Notes: a model not told the origin generated them from the sequence alone. DNA of 64,000 nucleotides from Bdellovibrionales bacterium (GCA_965217115.1 OZ244239.1:736001-800000), one strand, 5' to 3'; counted from the first letter of the stretch, positions 9,606-19,812 are shown. Translations and numbers: made by a program.

Positions 9606-9801
9606 AATTTCCTCCCTCTGGTTTATGGTTTTTATTGTTATGAGCTTTTGCAAAAGCTTGAGGGAGTGCTTTTCAAGCCAAAAATTGGAGGGACACCTTT
9701 AGGAAGGTGCCAATTCTTTTGCTTGAAAAGTTAGGGAGCGAAGGCTTAGCTCATAAAATAATAATAAAAACTGTGAAGCAGAGGGGGGAAATTATGGAAG
9801 A
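9598..9801. promoter_or_regulatory. ~200-nt imperfect palindrome (Frpo/ssi-like candidate)
   Basis: Nested arms: TCTTCCATAATTTCC..CTCTG / CAGAG..GGAAATTATGGAAGA; CTTTTCAAGC / GCTTGAAAAG; CACCTT / AAGGTG. Confidence 0.65.
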
Positions 9802-9810
9802 GTGAAATAA

Positions 9811-10560
9811 TTATTTAACGAGTCTTGAATGTAGCTCAAATCCGATGCCAAAAATGACTGATATAAACGCCAAAAGAGGAAGTGTTGTTATGCTGTCTAT
9901 ATTGCCCTGAACAATTATAAAAATACAAAAAAACATGGAAAAATAACTATATTGTCTAAAAGAATAATTGGGTGTGTTTTTATTTACTTTTGCTCTCCAA
10001 ATATAATCAAAACTTGCCCCCGATATACTTAAAATAAAAATACCTAACCAAAAGAAAAAACCAGTTCTAGGAAAAAATCTGTGCATTTTTAATTTTCTCA
10101 CTTTCTCTATTTTGTTTTTTACAAGTAATTTTATTTTTTCTGAACTAACAACTTTATTTGTCTGATAGGTCAATATTTTTTTTGGAAGATATTTTAGTTT
10201 AGCGGTTTTTTTAATTGCAGTACTTTCTGCTAAGCTAAGGTCGGCGGAAACCCAATGTGTTAATTTTTTTTTATTTGATTTTAAATAGCCCACTCTTTCT
10301 TTAAAGAAAGAATTTATAAGTTTATTTTCACTAGCTCTTCCCATAAGAAGAACAGAAAAATTTTCTTTTCCTTGCAGTACCTTTTTCTGAATTATTTTAC
10401 CTACAGGTGATGCAGAACCAGTAACTTGGCTATATGCAAGAGAGTTATCAAGCCCTTTTTCAAATCTAGATTTTTTAACAAAAGAAAACCACACTAATGG
10501 CACAATTATCAAAACCAAGCCTACTATATCAATTAAATTATTACTTTTTTTATTTTTCAT
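9811..10560 (-). CDS. Hypothetical membrane protein
   Basis: One N-terminal and about three C-terminal hydrophobic segments; probable start MKNKK. Confidence 0.7.
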   Translation of the reverse strand: MKNKKSNNLIDIVGLVLIIVPLVWFSFVKKSRFEKGLDNSLAYSQVTGSASPVGKIIQKKVLQGKENFSVLLMGRASENKLINSFFKERVGYLKSNKKKLTHWVSADLSLAESTAIKKTAKLKYLPKKILTYQTNKVVSSEKIKLLVKNKIEKVRKLKMHRFFPRTGFFFWLGIFILSISGASFDYIWRAKVNKNTPNYSFRQYSYFSMFFCIFIIVQGNIDSITTLPLLAFISVIFGIGFELHSRLVK

Positions 10561-10585
10561 TTTCCTCTCCCACTTCCCACATCTT

Positions 10586-10683
10586 ACCACCCTCACACAG
10601 TTCTAGTCTAGTTCCTGACCCCTCAATCTTAACTCGTTGGGAGTGAGGGGTCAGGAACTAGACTAGGGCTGGGTGAGGGTGGT
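10586..10683. other. 40-bp-arm inverted repeat, candidate oriT region
   Basis: Arms 10586-10625 and 10644-10683 (3 mismatches); GC-rich; immediately downstream of the relaxase gene. Confidence 0.55.
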
Positions 10684-10794
10684 GAATTTAAAAATCCTTT
10701 TTAAATTCATGCTCGTAGAGCATTCCCCTTGGTGGAAGTAAGTTGAGTTCAAGTGGCAGGGCTACTTCCATATAAAATAGCTTGTTTTTTTACA

Positions 10795-11601
10795 TTACAC
10801 AGCACTTTCTTCGGCTCCTTTTTTCTCTAAATTATGTAAACTAAATTTCACATCTTTGTCTATAAAGTCTGCTAAAAGTTTTTTATCTAGTACCTCATCT
10901 ACCAAAGCAAAATAAATATCATTTTGCTTTTTGTGAGTCTTTAAAAGAAAAACTTTCTCCTTAGCTTCTGCCAGATAAGACAAAAGCTTCTGCCTTAAAG
11001 GTTCGTCTTTAACTATATAAAAAACTGTATTCCAATATTTAGTAAGACTATGCTTTGTAAAAATTTTCTCATATCTGTTTTTAGATTTCAAACTAAGCTC
11101 CACCTCTAAAGCTACACTTTGCTCTTCTCCAGAGATATTTAAACAGAAAAAACCATCAGGTATTTTGTCTCCCTTTTTGTACTCACTTTTAATTTTAGTA
11201 TTCCTAAGTAATTGTGCAGAAAGTTTTTTTTCTGGAATAAAATTTGATACCAAATTACTAGTAAGTAAAATGTTTTTTATTTTATGAACTAAACAATCGT
11301 GATTATAAGACTTAATAAATCTATCAGCCTTAGCCTTTGTTGGTAATTCATAAGAGCTATTAATTTCCAAAGCTTGGTAGCCTTTTTTAATTAAACTATA
11401 GCCTGCGGTATGTCCATTTAGTCCCATTATTTTTTCAATTAACTGAGCCTGCTCTAACTGCTTAAGTCTTTTATAATGATAAGCACTGCCTTTTTTATTA
11501 GTAAAAAATTGTCCATAAAGCTCTGAAACTTGGGCAAAGTTTTGACTATCAATATAGGCTAAAATTTTTAAATCTCTGTTCTGTAATTTTATATTTTTCA
11601 T
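10795..11601 (-). CDS. Replication-relaxation (MOBC-like) relaxase
   Basis: N-terminal wHTH (RDLKIL..RLKQL) plus IPDG...ALEVELSLKS..RY PD-(D/E)xK-type motif; next to T4CP. Confidence 0.8.
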   Translation of the reverse strand: MKNIKLQNRDLKILAYIDSQNFAQVSELYGQFFTNKKGSAYHYKRLKQLEQAQLIEKIMGLNGHTAGYSLIKKGYQALEINSSYELPTKAKADRFIKSYNHDCLVHKIKNILLTSNLVSNFIPEKKLSAQLLRNTKIKSEYKKGDKIPDGFFCLNISGEEQSVALEVELSLKSKNRYEKIFTKHSLTKYWNTVFYIVKDEPLRQKLLSYLAEAKEKVFLLKTHKKQNDIYFALVDEVLDKKLLADFIDKDVKFSLHNLEKKGAEESAV

Positions 11602-11879
11602 AAGCTATCAGCCCTCCACGGAGTTACCTTAAATTCTAAGTCTAGGTAATCAGAATAGGGCTTAAATAAAATGCCTTTTTCAATTTTTAAATCTTTTTTC
11701 TTTTTTTTCTTCCCACTTGTTTTTAATAATTTTCTTTTTTTCCTAAATTTTTGCTTCTTTATAGGCTTAGCAGAAACCTCAATCATTTCTTTTTCTAACT
11801 TTTTAATAAATTTTTCTTCTTCTGAATTTGTATTCACTAAAACACAAACTATTAATAAAAATATAACAGGAATACCCAT
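11598..11879 (-). CDS. Hypothetical Lys-rich membrane-anchored protein
   Basis: 4-bp overlap with the relaxase; N-terminal hydrophobic stretch. Confidence 0.6.
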   Translation of the reverse strand: MGIPVIFLLIVCVLVNTNSEEEKFIKKLEKEMIEVSAKPIKKQKFRKKRKLLKTSGKKKKKKDLKIEKGILFKPYSDYLDLEFKVTPWRADSL

Positions 11880-11910
11880 TTGTATTTCTCCTCTGTATTG
11901 TTTTAAATAT

Positions 11911-13512
11911 TTATTTTTTTAATGGAGTAGCTGTTTTTTTAAGAACACTAGATTCACTGACTTGTTGTTTTAAAATCACTTCTTTGTTTAAAACTTTATC
12001 TATATCTGGCATAAAGATAGGCTCTAAATTCTTAGTCATGGGGAGGCTTAGTTTGTATTGAGTTACCCCGTAGCGTTCTGGAATACTTACAATTCCAACA
12101 CCAACAGGTAACTGTTTAAATGTATTGGGGTGAAAATTAAACTCCTCAGCCTCTCTTAAACTTCCTTGTCCTGTTTTCTTACTTCCTAGAAAATCTGTAT
12201 CTACTCTTTCTGTATTTTTAAAAGCTTTTTTAGTTCCAAAGCTTTTTGCAAAATACTCACAAGTAGCAGGGTCATTAATTCGCATAATTACCTTTATATT
12301 AGTATTGCTTAAAACAACATCTCTAAAGGCTGGACTAACTTTTTCTAAGTCTCCTAAAGATTGATGGGAAAACACCATGGCAATATTTGCAGAGCGAGAT
12401 TTGTTAAGCAAAGAGCCAAAGCCTTCATAGATATAATCTTGAAAATCATCTAAATAAACACTAAATAATTTGTTTTGTTTATTATTAGATAAATGCCTTC
12501 TTGATACCGCACTTTGCAAGCTTTGCAAAACAAGCCTTCCAGTGGCTTGAGCTAAAAAAGGGTAAAGCATAGTTGGTAATTGAAAATAAATTATTTGCCC
12601 CTTATTTAAGGCTTCGTTTATGCAAATAGAATCTTTAACATCTTCAAATAAAGTAAAAACCTCTCCTTGTACAAAATGAGAAAGCTGTGACTCAAGTCCA
12701 CTGGTGCGTTCTTCTCGTTCTTTATGGGATAAACTTATAAAAGCAGTTAAAGCTTCTTTTACTCTTTGGTTTTTACAAAGCTCTAAATAGTTTTCTAATT
12801 CATCCATATTGGTTAAAAATCTATGCACTAAAGAAAAGCTAGGAGTGGTTTGTTCTTTAATTAAGCAAATAAGGTTTAAAAAAACTTTATACTGGATATT
12901 TTTATAATACTCACTTTCAAATTTAAAGCTTGAAAAAACTTTTTCTGCAATTTCCACGCTACTTTTAGAGTTTAAAGGATTAAAGCCGTGAGATTTATCT
13001 ATGTTAGATAAAGAAAAGAGCTTAAAATCTCTTTCTCGATTAAACTTTTTAGCATAACTGTAAAGTTTATCTAAAAAACTAGCGTCTGACTTTCCGTCTA
13101 TAATTAAAACTCCGTTGCCTTTTTGCAAATCTTGTATTATCCACGGAAATATTACGCTTTCAGTTTTTCCTGAACCTGTTGTTCCAAGCACTTGAGCGTG
13201 AGTAGTTCTAGTTTTATCAGACAGGTAAATAGGTTTTTTGTTTTCATGCCCCACAAAAACAGAAGACTCTTCCTCTTCTTGCTTTGCTTTTAATTTTTTA
13301 TAAATTAAAAAAGTAATTATAAAAATAATACTTAATAAAACTAAAAACCAATACTGGTATAAAAAAATCAAAATATTGTAGTAATAGTATTTTGCTAGTT
13401 TATAGGCGTAAATTGCGTAAGGTTTAATTATGTAAATAATAACTCCTATAATAGATATGCCAATTAATCCAGTGTAGAGGTAATCATTACTTGGGGAGGT
13501 GTTTTGTTTCAT
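11911..13512 (-). CDS. virD4: Type IV coupling protein (VirD4/TraD)
   Basis: Two N-terminal TM segments, GTTGSGKT Walker A, YLDDF Walker B, HQSLGDL. Confidence 0.92.
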   Translation of the reverse strand: MKQNTSPSNDYLYTGLIGISIIGVIIYIIKPYAIYAYKLAKYYYYNILIFLYQYWFLVLLSIIFIITFLIYKKLKAKQEEEESSVFVGHENKKPIYLSDKTRTTHAQVLGTTGSGKTESVIFPWIIQDLQKGNGVLIIDGKSDASFLDKLYSYAKKFNRERDFKLFSLSNIDKSHGFNPLNSKSSVEIAEKVFSSFKFESEYYKNIQYKVFLNLICLIKEQTTPSFSLVHRFLTNMDELENYLELCKNQRVKEALTAFISLSHKEREERTSGLESQLSHFVQGEVFTLFEDVKDSICINEALNKGQIIYFQLPTMLYPFLAQATGRLVLQSLQSAVSRRHLSNNKQNKLFSVYLDDFQDYIYEGFGSLLNKSRSANIAMVFSHQSLGDLEKVSPAFRDVVLSNTNIKVIMRINDPATCEYFAKSFGTKKAFKNTERVDTDFLGSKKTGQGSLREAEEFNFHPNTFKQLPVGVGIVSIPERYGVTQYKLSLPMTKNLEPIFMPDIDKVLNKEVILKQQVSESSVLKKTATPLKK

Positions 13513-13572
13513 AGAAACCCCCTGTTTGTTAAATGAACAATGGGCTAATTTTAGGCAGAAAAATAGAGAGTG

Positions 13573-14781
13573 TTATTTAGATTCTTTTTTTTGATAATTC
13601 TTAGTATTTTTTAAAAAAATGTCTAGAGTGATAGCTGTTTTTAACAAATTAGACTGTAGCGTTAATTCTGTTGTCTTTTTGTTTTCCTTTATCGCGCCCA
13701 ACTTGATTAAGCGCGGTAACACCTCTTTTTGATGTATATTTTTTCCATCGCATAATTCTCTTGCATGTTTCTTAGTTATAGGTGAGTTTTTTGCCAAAAC
13801 CTGTAAAAGTTTCTCTCTTAAAGTTGGCCTCCCTTCAAAATCATAAAAATCAGAGAACTCTTTATTTCTAAGATCCAACGCAGTATCTATTATTGCGTTT
13901 TTTAAAATATTCTCATTAATAGTATTGTTTGTGTTTTTTGCAATAATATTATGTCCTAGTAATTGAATTGAATGAGGGTAGCCACCAGTATATTTTACAT
14001 ATTTGAAAACTTCTTTGCTATTATAATTTACGCCCACTTTATCAAACCCTTTTTTTAAAATTTCTGAGGCTTCTTCATTACTCATTGAAGTTAGCGGCAT
14101 GGATTCAAAATGCCTTTTAGCTGAATGGTCACCTTCAAAAAATTCCTGAACAGACTCCGTGTAACCTAAGAGCATAAATGAAATACGAGCACAGCCATTA
14201 ACATCAAGGGTTGTAGAGATAGATCTAAGTACTTGTGCCGCTCCCTTTAGATCCAGTAAATTGTGAATTTCATCAATTATAATAAGAATTCCATCAGAGT
14301 TAGTATTCTTAGTAATAATATTAGTTAAAATAGACACTATCCGATCTTTCAGGCCTTGTAGCTCTTGATCTTTGTTTGTGTAGTTATATCCAAAAGCCCC
14401 AAAAGTAAATTTTCCATTTTGAAATATTTTCCCTAGACTACCGCTAAGTAATTTAACAACATTTTTATCTAGTTGATCAGACAAAACATTTAGAGATGAT
14501 TCCAGCACAGAGCTTGTATTTTGATTTTTACCAACAGAATAGTATGAAGTAGTAAATGATAATTTTTTAAATGTGGGTGCTTCACCTGAGGCAATATATC
14601 TAATCAGCTTTGCAAGGGCGGTTTTTCCAATTCCTCTGTCTCCGTGTAAGACAAAGCTCACAGGCATTCCGCTTTTCACCTGGTCTAATTTGTTTAATAT
14701 GTTAGAAATTTGTTCTGTTCTTCCTGCAAATAGCGTAGGGCTTACAATAGAATTGGGGTTAAACGGGTTTTCTGTAATCAT
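13573..14781 (-). CDS. AAA+/STAND-like P-loop ATPase with probable C-terminal winged helix
   Basis: NPF.P, FAGR, GDRGIGKT, IIIDE, TGGYPH.IQ. Confidence 0.88.
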   Translation of the reverse strand: MITENPFNPNSIVSPTLFAGRTEQISNILNKLDQVKSGMPVSFVLHGDRGIGKTALAKLIRYIASGEAPTFKKLSFTTSYYSVGKNQNTSSVLESSLNVLSDQLDKNVVKLLSGSLGKIFQNGKFTFGAFGYNYTNKDQELQGLKDRIVSILTNIITKNTNSDGILIIIDEIHNLLDLKGAAQVLRSISTTLDVNGCARISFMLLGYTESVQEFFEGDHSAKRHFESMPLTSMSNEEASEILKKGFDKVGVNYNSKEVFKYVKYTGGYPHSIQLLGHNIIAKNTNNTINENILKNAIIDTALDLRNKEFSDFYDFEGRPTLREKLLQVLAKNSPITKKHARELCDGKNIHQKEVLPRLIKLGAIKENKKTTELTLQSNLLKTAITLDIFLKNTKNYQKKESK

Positions 14782-14858
14782 AATAATCCTATGCCTTCTG
14801 TATAATTCTTATGAGAGTAGTCTAATATACAACAATGTAACTGTCATATATTTATAGA

Positions 14859-14973
14859 TAAATTGCATATCTAGAGCATATTTAAGGGCAAAATTACATA
14901 TTTGGAGCATATTTAAGGGCAAAATTGCATATCTAGAGCATATTTAAGGGCAAAATTACATATTTGGAGCATA
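14859..14973. repeat. 31-bp tandem repeat, ~3.7 units alternating A/B (62-bp higher-order unit)
   Basis: AAAATTGCATATCTAGAGCATATTTAAGGGC alternating with AAAATTACATATTTGGAGCATATTTAAGGGC. Confidence 0.95.
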
Positions 14974-14988
14974 ATTATAAGATATACT

Positions 14989-15873
14989 TTAAAAATTAAA
15001 CCGTACAAAAAACCTAGCCCCTTGCTCAACCTGAATAAAGGCCTGAGACCTTTCATGCTTCCTAGACTTTTCTCTAACATAATCTAGTGCCGACAGCGAA
15101 ACCCCATTAAGCACAGCGTTCTTTAAATTGCCAATTTCTAGCACTGCCCCAGTCTTAGTAAGGCTTCGCTGTTTTAATCCTTGTGACAAGCCCCCTATGA
15201 AGTTTCCAGCCATTCTAGAGCCATATTTCTTTAACTCCCCTGAGCTGTAATTACCTCTAACGCCAAAGCTATCATCTGGCATAAAGGCTTGAGCTTTAAT
15301 TAATTTTTGTTTACCAAAAGGATTAACAAAACTATGAAAAGCAATTTCTAACCTTTCAAGCCTTGGATTTAATTTAGCCGTTCCTAAAAGCCGACTGCCT
15401 TCTTCTAGTTGAGGCCTGCTAGTGGCAAGAGTGTTATCTGAAATATTAGATAATACTCTTACCTCAACAGGAATTGATAAACCCACACTAGATTTTATTT
15501 TTCCAATTAGTTCTACTAAAACCTTAGCCCCTGTAAAATTATTTTTATTAGTCGTAACTAAGAGTTGTGAAATATTTTTTTTTATCTTTTTAGCTGATTT
15601 TATAGTTGGAGTCTCTAAGTCATCATACTCCTCTGTGTCTTCATAATCTGAGCTAGTTTTGACCACCTGAGAATTAAGTTTTTCAGAAAAGAAAGGGCTT
15701 TTTTTATTAGCCCCTTTCTTTGGCTCTAAAACACTTCCAAGTATTACAAACACTATCAAGACCGAGCAAAACGCTATTAAAACATTTTTACTTTTTAAAC
15801 TTCGTTTTTTACTAAAACTATTTTTAGAGCTTAAAAAAATTGAATTTAAACTTTTCTCACCTTTAAAAAACAT
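14989..15873 (-). CDS. virB10: VirB10/TrbI-like protein
   Basis: N-terminal TM, GSRLLGTA, DDSFGVRG, Gly-rich amphipathic segment, C-terminal IQVEQGARFFV; operon position. Confidence 0.8.
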   Translation of the reverse strand: MFFKGEKSLNSIFLSSKNSFSKKRSLKSKNVLIAFCSVLIVFVILGSVLEPKKGANKKSPFFSEKLNSQVVKTSSDYEDTEEYDDLETPTIKSAKKIKKNISQLLVTTNKNNFTGAKVLVELIGKIKSSVGLSIPVEVRVLSNISDNTLATSRPQLEEGSRLLGTAKLNPRLERLEIAFHSFVNPFGKQKLIKAQAFMPDDSFGVRGNYSSGELKKYGSRMAGNFIGGLSQGLKQRSLTKTGAVLEIGNLKNAVLNGVSLSALDYVREKSRKHERSQAFIQVEQGARFFVRFNF

Positions 15874-15884
15874 TTTTGTCCTCC

Positions 15885-16559
15885 TTATAAAAAGGGAATT
15901 TTTAAATAAAGAGGCTTCCTAATAGTTTTGGCTGAAAGCTTTAAAACTAAACTTTGATTTTTAAGCAAGTGCTTGGAGTTTAAAATTAAATAACCTGAAA
16001 TGTTTTTATTTTTAAAAGACAACAAAGGCTTATCTACAAAAATCTTTTGAATAGGAATTTTATTTCTGCTTTGAAATACATAAAATTTTAAATGCTCCGC
16101 TTTAAAGCCTTTTTTAGACTTTGGAAATAGCACCTTATGAACCACTAAAGTTAAAGGCCTTCTGTAAACTTTTAACTTATCATGAGAAAATATTTTTTCT
16201 TCAACAGGTTGCTTTCTTTTAACTAAAACAAAGGTATCAGGGTTTTTACTCCCTGATACCAGATTGAAGTTAAAATTACCCTCACTTGTAAAAATAAATA
16301 AATTAGTCTTAGATTTTCTAGTTAAAGCTTTAATGGCTACAACTTTTTGAAAAGTTTCAACAAGAAAAGCTTTTTTATTTCCAATAATTGCAGGCCTTGG
16401 TACTTTATCAAACTTCAAGGCTGTGGAGTGGCCTTGAGTTAAATAAATATTTGCTATGCTTTGCTCTGACAAATAAAGTGTTCGTGCTTTTTTAGCTTCT
16501 GCTATTTTTAAAAACAGCAATCCACTAAATAGCAAAAAAGCTATTATTTTTTTAAACAT
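15885..16559 (-). CDS. virB9: VirB9/TrbG-like protein
   Basis: Signal peptide, G.ST.LKF, KTNLFIFT...FNF.L; position. Confidence 0.75.
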   Translation of the reverse strand: MFKKIIAFLLFSGLLFLKIAEAKKARTLYLSEQSIANIYLTQGHSTALKFDKVPRPAIIGNKKAFLVETFQKVVAIKALTRKSKTNLFIFTSEGNFNFNLVSGSKNPDTFVLVKRKQPVEEKIFSHDKLKVYRRPLTLVVHKVLFPKSKKGFKAEHLKFYVFQSRNKIPIQKIFVDKPLLSFKNKNISGYLILNSKHLLKNQSLVLKLSAKTIRKPLYLKIPFL

Positions 16560-16646
16560 TTTATATCCTTTTTTATATTTTAAAAATGGGCTTTAAAAGT
16601 TATGTGCTTAGAGTAACTACAAAAGATTTGCTAAGGCTGATTTTTT

Positions 16647-17252
16647 TTAATGACTGAGGCTTGAAACTAAGTTTTCAGCCTTAATGTAAACACCTTCTGG
16701 GTTTTTAACAGTTCTTTTTCCAAACTGGTAACTGATTTTAAAACTCATAGGTTGAGTAGCTCTAAGGCCTTTGACAATTAAAATCCTATCTCCTGTAATT
16801 AAAGCTTCTTTAGTTTCTAAACTTACTTTTATTTTTCTTGAAAGATAAAACCTTTGGCTTATTTTTTTATTTTTTGCAGTTTTTATTTGTGGTTTATTAG
16901 CTTTGATAAATTGCTTTTTAAAACTAGGTGAAACAAGAATTGAAGACTTTGTTAGTTGTTTACTTATATTTTTATAATTCCAGTTATGTCGAAGCTTTGC
17001 AAATTTGGTAATAGAGTTTATAACTTCTGACTTTATAAAGTCTTTTGAAATTGGTTTAGTTTTAGTTAGCAGGCTGTAACCACTTTTTTCTTTAGAGATT
17101 AGTAATGGTTTTTTACTGGCTAAGTTTATTACTGTGACAAGTAAGGTGATGTTGATGATAATGGTTAGTATGAGTAGGCCTTTTAGAAAAGTGTTTTGAG
17201 ATTGGGTGTCTCCCCAAATTTCAAAATATTTTTTAGCTGTTTGTTGAAGCAT
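16647..17252 (-). CDS. virB8: VirB8/TrbF-like protein
   Basis: Single N-terminal TM; C-terminal RTVKNPEGVYI. Confidence 0.8.
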   Translation of the reverse strand: MLQQTAKKYFEIWGDTQSQNTFLKGLLILTIIINITLLVTVINLASKKPLLISKEKSGYSLLTKTKPISKDFIKSEVINSITKFAKLRHNWNYKNISKQLTKSSILVSPSFKKQFIKANKPQIKTAKNKKISQRFYLSRKIKVSLETKEALITGDRILIVKGLRATQPMSFKISYQFGKRTVKNPEGVYIKAENLVSSLSH

Positions 17253-17489
17253 TTTTGACTCCTTTTTGTTTGTTAAAAGAGAGTGGCCTTGGTTAAATAT
17301 TTGTTTTTACTTAATTTTTTGCACTGTAGGTTTTTTTAGGTACTGATGAATTTATTATTATAATTGTAGACATTTATAGAAAAACTGTTAAATAGACTGT
17401 GTGTTTTAAGTAAAACGCAATAAGTATATGAGCAGTAAAGCTCGTAGCAAAACCATTGCCCAAGCAGGCAATATAAATAAGGAGTTGAA

Positions 17490-18023
17490 ATGAAGTTTCT
17501 ATCTATTGTTGTCTTAGCATGCCTAGCATTTAGCAGTGTCCATGCAGCATCAGAATTTCCCACTAATTTTAAAGAACTCGGAGAGATATTTGACCAAGGA
17601 ACCCTACCTACAAAAGAAGAAACTTTTGGTTGGTGGTCTGGAAGGTGTTACTGGGCAGAAAAGCCAAGCAAGCCAGTAGCTAGCCTATTAACATCTCGCA
17701 TAAATATACACCCAGATAATGGTGGCGATTTCCCCCCAAGGACAGCACATCAAGTGATGGTTCTTAAGGAGGACAATGCACCAGCGAACTATTTTGATAA
17801 TAATTTGTCAATTTTTAAGGATCGTATAGAAGAAATTATAAGGGACCCTAGTAATCAGAAATATATCATCAAGAAAGAGGAGGGTTCTTTATCTATAGAT
17901 GGGTCTATAATCTTCTCACTAAAAAAATATAGAGATTATTTTGTGGGCCAGACTTCTCATTATATTACGGGTGTTTATAACCATTGCTATTTCTTTAAAA
18001 AAGTTTATTCGTATTCATATTAA
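17490..18023 (+). CDS. Secreted hypothetical cargo protein, paralog of 52216-52791
   Basis: Shared CLAFSSVHA, QGTLP.KE.TFGWWSGRCY and CYFFKKVY. Confidence 0.85.
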   Translation: MKFLSIVVLACLAFSSVHAASEFPTNFKELGEIFDQGTLPTKEETFGWWSGRCYWAEKPSKPVASLLTSRINIHPDNGGDFPPRTAHQVMVLKEDNAPANYFDNNLSIFKDRIEEIIRDPSNQKYIIKKEEGSLSIDGSIIFSLKKYRDYFVGQTSHYITGVYNHCYFFKKVYSYSY

Positions 18024-18034
18024 TTTTTCTATCT

Positions 18035-18071
18035 AAAAAAAAGGCTACAATTTAATTTGTAGCCTTTTTTT
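18035..18071. terminator. Bidirectional intrinsic terminator
   Basis: A8-GGCTACAA-loop-TTGTAGCC-T7 between convergent genes. Confidence 0.85.
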
Positions 18072-18131
18072 ATTTATAAGCTGGTCTGGGTTTTTTGTAA
18101 GTAATTTTTTTTAATTTCTTAATCGTAGCTA

Positions 18132-18941
18132 TTATTTAGACTGTCTTTTAAAAGCTCTTTTTCCAGCCCCTGCAAGGCTCATAGCCTTAGCCTTTACACT
18201 AACCATAGTCATCGCCACCACTGGCGTTAGAGTACTAGTGAAGCTTGTAAACCCAGACCCAACAATACTTTTTACAACCATTGGAGTCCCAATCATACAA
18301 AGAGCTATTACAAAATTAATAACAATCAAAGTTAAATAATTTCCCTCTAGTTGCATGGTCTCACCCCATGGCAAAGCCTTAAGCATTAAAGACAATATTG
18401 CCCAAACCACTTTCCAGCTAGCAATTTCAATTAAACTTTTAAATAAGTTCACCGTCATGTGAGATGAAAAAACATGAAAGAGTAAAATAATTGGAGACAG
18501 TACTGTTAAAAACGCCCAACTAAAATGGTAAATTGCCACCATTATAAATCTTGCACAGTATAAAATTAAATACGACAAGTAAGATAAAATCGACATTAAC
18601 AAATCTCCAAAAATTAATAAACTTTTAAAAGAAGGTTTTTGGTATTTAGAAATTTTATCTCCTGCTATTTTCATTATGTTTTCTATCCCACTCATGTCGT
18701 CAATTTTATCAGCTAAGCCACTGGTAATAGCTAAAATGCTTTCTGTAATTTCTGGAAAACCAATTAATAATAAAGTAGAAATAAACACTCTTTTAATTTT
18801 ATCAGAAAAATCTCCTTTTCCTTGAACCCATACAACAATAATGGCTATAAATAAAAATACAGGAAGCAAAAGAAAGTAAATTTGCTTTAGCTCTAAGTAA
18901 AGGTTGCGAGACATTGCCCCAAGCCCACTGAAGTCATTCAT
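18132..18941 (-). CDS. virB6: VirB6/TrbL-like polytopic membrane protein
   Basis: About 6 TM segments; follows the VirB5-like gene. Confidence 0.75.
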   Translation of the reverse strand: MNDFSGLGAMSRNLYLELKQIYFLLLPVFLFIAIIVVWVQGKGDFSDKIKRVFISTLLLIGFPEITESILAITSGLADKIDDMSGIENIMKIAGDKISKYQKPSFKSLLIFGDLLMSILSYLSYLILYCARFIMVAIYHFSWAFLTVLSPIILLFHVFSSHMTVNLFKSLIEIASWKVVWAILSLMLKALPWGETMQLEGNYLTLIVINFVIALCMIGTPMVVKSIVGSGFTSFTSTLTPVVAMTMVSVKAKAMSLAGAGKRAFKRQSK

Positions 18942-19001
18942 CTTTAGCCTCCTTTTACAAAAATAAATTGCAAAAATTAGAAACTAGATTTTTTATATAA
19001 A

Positions 19002-19679
19002 TTATAAAGAGTGTAGAGAATAATTAGGTTTTAAATTTTTAAAAGCTCCACCTAATTGTTTGTACTGCACCTGAAACTGTCGAGCTTGGTTTTTTGCATC
19101 TTTGTTTTTTAATGCCAAGCCTTGAGTTTGAATTTTAAGCAAGGCCGCATTAGTGCGTAAAATTTGATTAAGGGTTTGAATCATAACCGCCTGACCTTCA
19201 AGTAGAGTTTTGGTAGCTCCAGATTGTGAAGCGCGGTGTGCGTAGTGTTTCATTTTGGAGGCTTTTTTGTCAGTGGTTTTGGCATATTTAAAAGCTTGAT
19301 TATGTAAATGTAAACTTTCTGCCACTGTTAAATCAGTTTTTTTCTGCAATAAACTTTCAGAGGTTTTAGGTATTTGACCATATAGCTTTTTTACATTGCC
19401 TATCATTTCTTTTATATCTCTAATATTAGAAAAAGTCCCTGATTTTAAAACTTGGTCTATGTTGTTTTTTAAATATAAAGCTTCATGCACTCCATGATTA
19501 GCTTTTCGTAAAATATCTGTGGCTTCTTGTCCTGCACTTGTAATACTTCTTAGTTGTTCTAGTTGATAAATAGAGTTTTGAAATATTTTAGCAAGGTAAA
19601 TTAAATCACCTCCCCAAAAATCAGCTTTGACTGGAGTTGCTTGGAGTATAAGTAGTAGTGCAAAAATATGTTTTGCCAT
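19002..19679 (-). CDS. VirB5/TrbJ-like secreted helical protein
   Basis: Signal peptide, Gln-rich helices, position between virB4 and virB6. Confidence 0.7.
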   Translation of the reverse strand: MAKHIFALLLILQATPVKADFWGGDLIYLAKIFQNSIYQLEQLRSITSAGQEATDILRKANHGVHEALYLKNNIDQVLKSGTFSNIRDIKEMIGNVKKLYGQIPKTSESLLQKKTDLTVAESLHLHNQAFKYAKTTDKKASKMKHYAHRASQSGATKTLLEGQAVMIQTLNQILRTNAALLKIQTQGLALKNKDAKNQARQFQVQYKQLGGAFKNLKPNYSLHSL

Positions 19680-19812
19680 ATACGCTCCTTTTTTGTGATT
19701 TTATTTAAGGTATTTGTAGATATTTTATATTTTTTTTCTTTGCTGAATAATATTACCAAGATATAAGTCTATAAGAACTATACTTTGGTGTTTTTCTTGG
19801 TATGTTTATTAC

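Noticed and set aside
14859..14973. 31-bp arrays (also 5545-5642) as CRISPR
   Set aside because: Units are contiguous with no unique spacers; no cas genes in the window.
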